Shown: one piece after another, positions 13,901 to 24,700 of the stretch
How positions within the stretch are numbered: position 1 is the first letter of the stretch
Layout of the letters: every line of letters starts with the position of its first letter
NCBI GenBank assembly: GCA_036172245.1
Contig: JAYWIR010000013.1
Span: 558,001-622,000, forward strand
Direction: 5' to 3'
DNA length: 64,000 bases
DNA from: Raillietiella orientalis
Taxonomy: Eukaryota
Position numbers and translations under genes: made by a program
The notes under the pieces: model-generated
Told to the model about the DNA's origin: nothing
Seen by the model: the letters and a program-made list of their open reading frames with translations, nothing else
Databases searched by the model: none

Positions 13901-15712
13901 GCTCGAGGAGTCGGAAAACTGACCTGCAAACCCTTTGCTGATTCCTTCGCGCAGCCATATTCGCTCTTCTCTCCTGCCGCCCTTTCCCGGTTCCTCCGCC
14001 TTCCCTGGGGAACGATCTCGGCTCCGCAGGGGCGTGAGGAAGTCTCTCGGGAGGCTGGACGAGTCACGGGGCATCTGCCGGCAGAGTCGTTCCTGAGATC
14101 GCGCTGAGCATAGCTCCAGGTTGTTGTGAGTGTGTATAGGTGGGGTGGTTGAAGGGGGGGGGAAGGGAGCAACCAGAACTTCCCCTACCTCCGGGAAAGG
14201 AGGATGGACGATGAGCGGGGCCTGCATGAGCGTCATCCTCACCGCTCTTACAGGGCCCGCGTGAGCAGCCTCGCTTGAGCAACTCCAAGGTCAGCCCAGA
14301 GTCCCCGGATCAGCTGGAGGGTGGGAAGAGACGCTGCTTTCCTGAGCTCGTCTTTCCCCTCTCTCCTTCCCTCTCCCTCCACCGCTCCCCAGAGGGATAG
14401 CATGAACGCAGCGCCGCCTCCCGTATATTCGGTAGGAAAAAGGGGGATGTGCGGGGTGGTATGGGATCAGTGGCACCCTTTCCTGCATACCTCTCCTCTC
14501 CCTCCTACTGGAGCTCTCTCCAGAAATCCCCCGGACACCTTGCTCCTTTTCCCTGGCGTTGTGGGAGGCGGCGCTGGACGTTGCACTCCGAGGAAAGGGA
14601 AGGGGATGGGCAAAAAAGATTTGAGCACCCTTGCACCCCTGAGGTACTCCCTCGTTCGGGGAGCCTCCCTGTAACGCCTTGGGGGGAACGGTAGGGAAAG
14701 GGGTGGGAGGGGAAGCGCCGCCACCCGCTTCCAACGCCGGCGGGAGAGACGACGCGCGCCTGGAGCGACGCGTCTTCTGTTTCCCGGGCAGCGAGAGACC
14801 CTCCCCTCTCGAGGAATGGCTACTAGGAACTTCCCGGAATCACGAGGGACCATCGGGCAGTTCCTCGTACCCTCAGGCGCCAGAATTCCTTCTCTCTGCC
14901 GGAAGTTCCGGGAGCCTCCTGGCGTCCGGTCCTCGCCTCGCGCCGCGACTGCCACAGGTCCCTCCCCCGCTGCCCCCGAGTCCGATGCCCTCCTCTCCTC
15001 TCGCAGAGGGACTGCCCGCTCAATCCGGGAACGACGAGGACGCGTGCTCGCGTGTGTGCACTCCGAGTACGTGCGCGCCGCGGGATGAGAGGGTACTCCG
15101 GGGCGGGCTGGAGAGGCAGCGGACGGACGCCGCCGGGGCAGGATGAGGGGGGAGGAGAGGGGGCGCGCAGATCCAGAGGCTGCCGGGCCGTCGCCTCGCT
15201 GCTAGCAGCAGCCGATACACGAGCGCCTGGTGTCACGAACCACTCCGAGAAGGGAAGAGAGGCGGGGAGAGTGGCGGGAGCGGACGGACGCTCCTGGGAG
15301 CGCGCGCGCAAGGAGGGAGGAACCGCTGCGGTTCCCCGTTCTCTCGTCGCGCGGATCCTCGAGGAGGAGAGCGCTCCTCGGGATGGGCGTCGAGAGACCC
15401 TGCGGCGGCGGCGGTAGCAGCAGCAACAGCGTCTGGAGAAGAGTGGCGAAGGAGAGCGAGAGAGGGGGAGGGAAGGGGGGGGAAGAAGGTGTGAATCTCC
15501 CCGGGAGCGAGCGCGCGTGCGTGCGTGTGTCCCCGTCCTCCTGGAAACCGTCTGACCTCGCTCTGTATTGACCAGCGGTGAGGAGGAGGAAGAAGAAGAT
15601 CACGGGCCACCGCCGCTGGGTGAAGGAAATCGACCGAGAGGAGCCGCCCCTCCGGGCGCCACCCGGGAGTCCTGACACCGCGGACGGTTTCCCGCCAGCA
15701 GGAAGGAGAGCC

Positions 15713-18700
15713 ATGGTCACCACGTGAGTCCACCTGTCCCCTTCCCCTTCCCTCTCCCCCCCGCCCCCATCTTTGACCTCCCCGTGACTTATTCCCTTCT
15801 TCTTCCCCTCCGAACATCCCCAGGTCCTTTCTTTCCGGGACGTCGAGGCGACACCAGGGAACGACCCGTACAAGGAAGAACTCCCCTGAGTGCGGACGAC
15901 CGCTGGAGCCACCGTGCCCCTCCTCTTGCTCCCCTCTCCTCCCGGAACGGAACGAAAGGAAAGGCGCTCTCCCACGAGGCCAGGATCCCTCTCCTCCTCC
16001 TCCTCCCCTTCCTCCAGACGGCCGGGAACGACGCCGGACATGAGTGAGGTGAACTTTGTGAACGGCTGCTACGGGACGCTCGGCAACCGTTGCCTGGAAA
16101 CCTGGATTTCCAACTCCTCGTCCTCCTTGGACGCGATGTACTACAACCAGTCCGACCCGCCGCCGTTCGTGAAGTACCACCCGGCCAGGCTGCCCCCCTA
16201 CGACTGGTTTTACATGGTGATCTCGGTGCTGGTGATCTTCGGCGTGACTGGAAACGTCCTCGTGTGCCTGGCCGTGAGCCTGGACCAGAAGCTGCACAAC
16301 CTGACCAACTACTTCCTTCTGTCCCTGGCCATCGCGGATCTCCTGGTCTGCCTGGTAGTCATGCCCTTCGGAGCCATAGCCGGATTCCTGGGTGAGTGCT
16401 CGGGCCTGTCTGCCGCCACGTCCCCTCCTCCTCCTCCTCCTTCGATGGCAACGACGAGCCACGTAACGTTGGCAACCGTCGCCTGGGGACCGGGAGATGT
16501 GCACAGATTTCCACCCGTCTGCCCCCCTTGCTTTCCCAGGCGCTTTTTGCTCCCAGACCTGTCGGAATCGGTCGAGAATCTTCCCTGGCCATCTGCCTCC
16601 TCGCGAGAGGGCTCACGGGACAGGGTCAGGACCGAGCAGTGGCTGTGCATCTGCACCTGCGAACTGGAAGCGCCCGCGAGAGGGGAGAGCCTCTGGAGGC
16701 GCGTCTGCGCTGCGCCCCCCACCTATCGGCTCTCCTACTCCCGCCCGCACTAGGTGGCGATGCCCTCCGGGCAGTCCAGTCCGCAAGTTTCTCTTTCGTG
16801 CGCCGGAAGAGTTTCTCCATTTGGGAGGGTCGTGCCGGGCCGAGAGCTCGGGTCTCGGATCAATCCCCTCCGCCCCTCCCGTCTCCCAGACGACCTGCAA
16901 GAGCCTCCGAGTAGAGGCAAGGCAAATAGATACCCCCACCCCCAGCCTCCGCTCTCCCGCTTCCCATCGCTCTCCCTCATTCCGACTGGCTTCCGATCGC
17001 AGCCGACCAAATTGAATGCGGGTGTGGGTGGGGAGGGAAGGCTGCAGCGTGACTCCCTCCCGGATCCCAGGTCGGAAAGCACCTGGCATTCCCTTCCATT
17101 TCCTCCTCGGGGAGGCCCTCGAAAGAAAGGTAGAGGAATAACTCAATGGTCACGGTCCGCCGAGGAAAAGATCTTCCGCGTCTCATCCTCCTTCCTGCTG
17201 AGATCGCTCTGCTAGGGTGCATCCTCGCCAGCCGATCATCCCTGCATCCTTCCTTCAATGCAGGGTTCGTCCGTTCCATGGATGCCAAGGATGAAGCGAA
17301 GACATCTGTTCCCTTAGGGGTGCGGACTGTCACAGCGCCACGAGTCTCCCCCCCTCGAGCGACCTTGGATCGACGTCACCACCCCTCTTTTTCCGAAACT
17401 TCGACTCCGAGAGATCGATGGCTCCCCCTGGTTTTCGCCCATGAGAGCCTCACTCTTCGCTGGCTGTCCCTGCACGTGCGCCACCGCTGCTCACTTTCTC
17501 GTCAGGGGTGGTGGCGCTACTCCTTCAGAGCGATGTTTTTTTCTTTTTTGTGTTTTTTGCCGCCACCGCCGTGCGGCGGACTGTGCCACAACCCGGAAGG
17601 GGGTGGGGCAGCGCGGGCCTTGTGCCCCTGGAATCCTGGTCCACTTTCCGCGGAACCCGCCGGATCCACGGCAGTAGACTCTATTTTCCCCCTTTGTCCG
17701 CTCGCCGAAGCGGTCATCTGCGCCGTCTGACGGCGTGACACCTCCCGACGGTGTGGTCGCGCGTTCCCATCCACGGATCCGTCGCTCAGGACCGCGTGCG
17801 CGTGTTCTCCCCCATTCCTGTCTTCTGTTCCTGAAAGGAGGCCGGCAGAAAACTTTGAGACGGATCCCGGGTGAGCAGACTTCAGGGGTCAGCCTGCCTG
17901 GACTTTCCCACCTTGGAATGCCAGGAAAACGGGGAGCCTCTCTTTCTTTCCACTGAGGTGCATCAGATGCGTTGCCTGAGGCTACGAGTCGCCTACTGGC
18001 AGGCCCGCGGGGCTTCCATAGAACGAGCCCGTAATCGCCTCCTTCCGGAGGATACTTCCCCGTCCTTCCTTCTCCGGACGCGGACCAAGGGGCCGTCAAC
18101 CCGCGCCTTCGTCAGGAATCTGCGACCTCCGAGAGAGCCGGGGGATTCGAAGCGGAAGCTGTAGGGACTGCGCATGCCAGGGTCAAGCAGCTAGAATGAG
18201 ATGGTGATCAGCTGACACAAGCGTCTCAGGAGAGGGGGGTGCGTCCTGTGACCCCCGGAAGAGAATTGCTTAAGGGAGATTCGGAACTTCCCAGAGAGGC
18301 CGGTCCATTCACGCCTCCGGCGGAGGAAGACTTCCAGGGGAGCGGGGGAGTAACGGAGGGGACACTGGAAAGTGCGGAAGCGTCGCTCAGCCCCTCATCC
18401 TGTCTCTACCTCCGTCTCTTGACCACTGAGGGTATCCGATATCGAGCCCCGGTTTTCCCCGGGATTTCTTCCTTCCAGCCAACGGTTTGAGTGCTGGCGC
18501 TCTGGCCCTACTGTGTGCACCCGCGAAGGAACCACGCGCGCGTTCTCTCCATTGGCGTCCGAGCCGCAGCATCTCCCGTCTATCGGTCGCCCCTCCCTTT
18601 TCACCCCTCTGCTCTGCAGGAGGTCACCTGCCGCTTACGTCGAACGACGAGGATCCTCGGGACGGCTGGGGAGAGTCGATTCTACGACGAGAGGAGTTCC

Positions 18701-21700
18701 CAAGTTGGGTGGGTTCTCTAGCGGGCTTTGCCTCGCGTTCCGTCTCGGGAGCCGCGCATTGACCAGAGCGTTCAGCAACCCAGCTCCAGTCTCTGCATCC
18801 TGGAGCCAACTTTGCGCGCTAATTTGAAGCGCCCAGCCCCCTCCCTCCACCCCACCGCGCCCTCCCGTGCTCTCCTTCCTCTTGCTGGACCTTATGCCAG
18901 CTCCACCTTGCCGTAAGAGCGGCGGAGCCCTATGCGACATGGTCCTGACCACCGCTCCGGATCAGGGAGCTCTCTTTGGAATGGCTTCCCTTCCCCCCCT
19001 CCATCCCTCCATCCCAGCTCGCTCGTTCCGTTTTCTCCGCGTGTTCCTCCCGCCGATCTCGGGATTTCCCGTGTCCCAGTTGCGAGAGGGAGCGATGGGG
19101 GAACACAAACAAAAGGGATGGAGGAGGGGGAGAAGGAAGAGAGGAAGGGAAAAAAAAATCAGGAAGAAACCGACGTGCAGGAGAGGGGAGAACCGGTGTT
19201 CCGGTGCTTCGTCGAGCGGTAGGGAGCGGGGAACGTCCGCCCCGAGAGAAAGGGCAGAGTTCCCTTCGGTTCCCGAGCGAGGACTCTTCTTCCTTCCCCT
19301 TGTCCCGCGCGAGGGAACTTTCCAGCGACGCGCGCTTGCACTGCACAGATCCCGACAGTCTGTTAAGGATCGCAGGAAGTCCCCCTTTCTTGTTTTGGCC
19401 TACCGGGAAGGGACGTGAGTCAGCGAAACTTTCGGTCTTCCCATTCCAGGAGGCAGATGGAGGCCGCGAGATAACGCGGATCCGGGATGAAGTAGCGTTT
19501 AAGTTTCGGAGAGGACTGGGCCGTTCTTGGGACAAATCGAGTTCCTGAACTTTGGCTTCTCAAGACTAATGGGAGGAAGGTCGTTTATTAGGGGAACGTT
19601 GCTGGGGAGACGAGACCTGACTGCGGAAGCGGGAGAGCGCCCGCTGCGTCTCGCCCTCCGCTCCCAAGAGGAAGGTGTCCCGGGGAAGGTCCCTCCGAAG
19701 GACCTCGAGGGACGGCTCCCCCCCTTGACTGGTGTCTGGGCGAAGGATCGCGCGGAGGAGGAACCCCCTATCATCCCAGATGGTGCACCCTGGAGATGAG
19801 GGATCGACCACCGGTAGCAGGGATCCTGCCGTCGCGTGCTGCGGTCCTCTAGAAAGATCTTAATGCTTCTTCCTCGCCGAGAGAGTTGGTCCTCCTCTGG
19901 AAGTTCTTCTGAGAGCGCCTTTCAGAACGGGAAGGCTTGTACTGGTGTCCCTACAGCTGCCTATGGAGACGCGACTCGAGAAGGGTACCTGCTTGAGGGC
20001 TGAGGAGATGCGGGACTCCGGAGGACTCCCATTGTTCCAGGCTCCCTTGCGCCCTCGTGATTTCCGATTCATAGGCGTCCTTCCCCCTCCGTCCCCCTTG
20101 AATCTCATTCTTCGAAAGGGCGAGGGAATTAAGGGCCAGTTCCGGCAGAAGCCCATTGCTCTCTGCTCCCCCAGAAGTCCTGGAGCTCTGAACATGCGTC
20201 CAGCCGCTTGACCAGCAACTCGTTGCTCGGGGAAAAAGAGACCCGGCTTCTGGGACCGGAGACGCTGTTGCCGTGGCAACGGAAGGAACTGCGGAGGGGG
20301 AAAGCACGCGAAGTGCTCCGCCGACCGCTGCTGTCCAGCAGAAAGAAAAGCACACAAGAGGTCATCGTACCAGCTGTCGACGTTGGCGTCCGACACTCGG
20401 GGGGTGCCGAGACGGAGTCTTCGAGCAGGACAGGAGACGATGAAGACACTGTCTGTGTGCTCCTCGGGGAAGGTTGCAGGAATCAGGGAATCGAAAGTGC
20501 TTTCGCCATGTGAGCCTCCCCTGCCGCTGGAGATCCGAGAAGATGCCCCGGCTTGGCAATGTCTGGAGCGCGTCCCCGAATTTCTCCCAGCTGGAATTTT
20601 CTGTGCAGAGGGCACGGCTTCCGCTCGTTTCATCCATCTCGCTTCCTCCTTCTGTCCACTTTCCTTCCAGAGCCTTCTCCTCTATTCCACCTCTTTCCTT
20701 CTTGCACTCTCCTGCTTCCTCCTCCCAGCTCGCTTACCTACACCTACGCCTCCTCCGCCTCAGTGGAAGCTGCTTCTAGCAGGTGCCTCAGAGGTGCTGG
20801 GGAAGACGCGCTCCAGGAAGCGTAAGGACGAATCCGCCCACTTTCTGCCCCTGGTGAGGTACCAAGGTCCTAGAAGAGGATGAAAGGAAGGGGCAAGGTG
20901 ACGACTGGGTGAAGGCTGCTGAGCATTCTCAGCTTTCAGGATCGACCAGGAGTGACCTGTCCCATTGGAGGTGGTGAGGAAACGCGCTTTCCGAGGAGAA
21001 AGGGAGGACTGTAGGTTCCTTGTCCTGGGAAAGGGAAGGACATGAAATCAAAGGCTATGGAGAATCATGGGAGGAAAGAATAGGAGTGGGATAAATGCTT
21101 TCGATGGATCGGCATCTCCTGGCGGGATGGGGATGCTGCATCTCATCCGAGACGTTTAGAGATGGTTTCGCTTCTTACGCTCCCTTCATCTGTCCCCTTT
21201 GTTAGCTCTCGGTCAAGTCGTCCTCGTGCTCCCTTTCTTTTCCTTTCCAACAAACGCTACATTCGACTCCTCTCTGATGCGTCACGATCCCGCCTGAGGA
21301 CCAGACTTTCGGGGGAGGAAGTGTCTCTTGTCCCCCCTGCCGTCGAATCCTTTCCACTTTTGTCCCTGTTCAGTTCATCTCCGGATATACTTCGTCCCCC
21401 ACCTCGACCTTCTTAAATCACCTTCATCTCCGTCTTCCCTCCCTCGACTAGTCCCGCTGATTGGGATCTGCACCCTGTCGGAGCGAGGGATGACAAGTGA
21501 ACTGAGTGAGACCCCGCCCTCCGCCCTCAGCCACCATGCATGCGCACGTCCGGAAGGCGTGAGCGCCTCCAGACCTCCTCTGTTTCACCTCTGATCCCTG
21601 ATCCCGTCTTTTCGTGACCCGCGTCACTCGCTTGAGGTGAGATCGCAGGGGAGCTGGGGGGGAAGGGAGGCAGAGGTTCCAGGAGTCAACGGGAAGAGCT

Positions 21701-24700
21701 GGTCAGGTGGTAACGCGTGGTTTTTCCCTGTCCTCTCCCCGCTCCTGCGAAACAGCACCCTCCGGGAGACATGAGACCCCCATCCTTTTCCGAGTCAGAG
21801 GTGGATAAAGAGGAGAGAAAGTACGCTTTCTGATCGATAGTTCCTGGAGCCGGAGACGGGAATTTCTGGAGACGACAGGAGAGGAAGGAGGAGTTCCCTA
21901 GGTGATTCACGTGAACCGGGAATGAGGCCTTCCTCCCACTCGCATCTCGTTCCCTCTCTGAGTGGGAGGGAGCGCTCCTGACATGCTGCGTCATCGGACA
22001 AACAGAAATGATAAATCGGTCCAGCTGGAGAAGTCTCCCTCTCGACGAGAAGAAGCATACGCCACTTCTCCCGCAAGATACAGGAACGGTGGACAATCCC
22101 TTGGAGACGGAAGGCACGTCGCGAGACCGAGATCGCTCTGGGGAGTCCGTTACGAGGCGAGCAACCGTAGGGCTCACCCACACTTGTCTTTCGCGTTTTA
22201 CTCCACCCCTGGAGACCCGAAGGAGGACGCAGTGAAAAGGGGGAAGAGGGCAGGGATGCTCCGCGCCGAGTTGTCTGGATCGCTCACGCTTCCTGCTCGG
22301 GAAGGCAGGAAGGAGTCCCAGGTCCCGACCAATTGCCAAGAAGACGCTGGCCCTCGTTCGAGAGTTAGTCACATTCAACGCACGTTCGCTGTCGGGTTAG
22401 AGTCCTGGAGATGGTGGAACCATGGGGACCAGGAGAAGCTCGAGGGAGCCGTGAGAAGGAAAATGAGGGTGGCGGACAGTGTGGGTGGGAAGTGAACCCC
22501 TCTCATTTCGTCTTACCTGAGGGATCAAGTGTTGTCTTTCCGTCCCTCGGCGCGTGTTCCTTACTGGGGGGCCTCGAAGGATGGGTCCACTCCTCTCTTT
22601 TCCCCGCAGCAGTCATCTTGCAATCATGGAGGCGAGGGAAGCTTCGGGTTTGGTCGCTGCTCTCTGTGGCACTCCTGACGCCGGGTAATAGGAGGCTTCG
22701 CTCCGCTCCTTAACTTCCGGCTCGCGGGATCGTAGGGCTGCGAGAGGAGTAACCCTCGGACGGTTCCCAGCCCGAGGGTCGCCTCCTTAGGCCGCTCTGA
22801 ATCCGGTCAGAGGAGGTTAGGGAGACGACCAAGGGTGGACACTGGTGGGAAGCAGAGATCTGAGAGGTGCCGGAGACCCCGAGGATGGAAGCGTCGTGGG
22901 GTCTCCACACCGAGAAGAACAGTCGCCGTCCGTCTGAAATCGGACGCAAAAAGGCCCGCATACGCAGAGGTATCCCCGTTTCTCAGGAAGAGGAGGAGGG
23001 TCCTCATGGGCCTCCTTCGTCCCAGGCATGCGCGGAAACGAGTGCACGGGTTGCGTGGAGGTGGGGAAGTGGCGATCCGTGGGGAAGGAGTGAGGATACA
23101 GAGGTGCTCCCGAGAGTCTGGTGGAGGATGGATGGGAGGAGGAGGGACGAGTCTTCGCTCCTCCTTCTCCCCTCCTGCAGCCTCAGACCCTCCCTCAAGC
23201 GTCCCACCCGTCAGCAGGCCTAGTTCCTCCTCTTTGGACGGGGGAGGGGGTGAGGATACTGCGCGTTCCGTGAGTGGACCGCTGGGCGTCGACGCACCTT
23301 GGAGACACCGTCCGAGGGAGCAGAGCCAGTCCTATGGCAATGGAGGATACCTTCCTCCCCCGTTCCCTCTCCGAAGAGGCGGAGGGGGACTCTGGCTGGA
23401 AGCGGCTCGTAGGATGAGTGTCTACTGCCGAGGTTCACATATCGGTCCACCAGCACGTTCGCTCGGAAAACCAAGAAATGGAAGGGGAGGCTGCGATCTC
23501 CTGTGAGCGGCGTTTCCTTGCCCCACGGAGCTCCTGTGGAGTAAGCGACCTTCGTCTGCCACCGGAAAGGCTCTCTGGAAAAGATGACGCTTTCCCTGGA
23601 GCAAGATGTGCGGATGCGGAGCGTCGGGAAGGGATGCCGCGTGACCAGGAGGAGAGCAGTGTCCTCCCTTCTTGAAGGAAGGGGAGGTGCGAGGACAGGG
23701 AAGCGGGGCGGGCAGCAAAAGGGGGGGAGAGGAGCAAGAGCTGAGCCCCGGTACCATGTGAGAAGCCGCCGGGGGTTGTCCCCTGAGAGCGCCGGTTCGG
23801 AAGAACTGCGGACTCCGGAGAGATTCAGCTTCCCCGAGCCGCGGATCGCTTGTCCCGGTGCTCTCTTGGATGTGGAGGAGTTGAGGGGCGCGGGCGACCT
23901 CAGGGGGACCTGGACCCGTGAGGGACTTACTCCGCTCTCTGCAGCCCACCAGCGCCCGAGAGGGGAGTCCTGTGTGCGAGCGAGCTCGAGTGTCCCCCGC
24001 TCCGTAGAGGGGGAACATCCGGAACCCCCACCCCACTCCTCTAAGAAGAAGAGGGGTCGGGGATGCTCTGTCTTGGCCAAGCCACTTATGAGATTCGCAC
24101 CTCCGAGGAGGCGGCGCCTTCGCCTGTTTGGCTCTCCTCCAGGGACGGGAGCAGCACCTGCATTTTTCCCCTGCCGTGGGGAACGCCGACGCATTTGGCA
24201 GGAAGGGAGGCTGGAGGAGCCTTGGCATCAGAGGGGACATCGCTTTTTTTCCCGACCGCTGGCCTTTTTCCCTTGCCGGACCCGAGGGGAGGGGACGAGG
24301 GGACGAGGCTGCACAGGAGAGGAAGGGTGGAGACGAGAACCACGCCGTCAGGAAGATCTGCTTCCTGACGGCATCCAGTCCTGGAAGGGAGCACCAATTG
24401 AATCAAGCACCCAGGAGATCTTCACCCTCCCTCCCCTAAGGGCGACCCTCTCTCGAAGCTCGTTTCCTTAGCAACGGGCTTCGAGAGAGCTGAGACGAGA
24501 GAGGATGCTCTGGCGATCCCTATGAGAGTGGAGAGGTGTGCGCGCGGTAGGGAAAGCAAGGAGAGGAGGATCAGAGGCCTGCAGCATATCCTCGCATCAC
24601 AGAGGGAACAACCCTCAGATTATCCATCCCGGATGCTGCTGTTGCAGCCGCCTCCGGCCGTCTGTTTCGAGAACGGTGTTCCCGGGAAAGACGAGCCCCT

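Noticed and set aside
15233..16504. 423-aa antisense ORF over the receptor exon
   Set aside because: Shadow of the high-GC3 sense coding exon plus GC-rich flank.
16392..16753. Continuation of ORF 15890..16753 past GFLG
   Set aside because: Read-through into the intron; GPCR similarity stops exactly at the GTGAGT donor.
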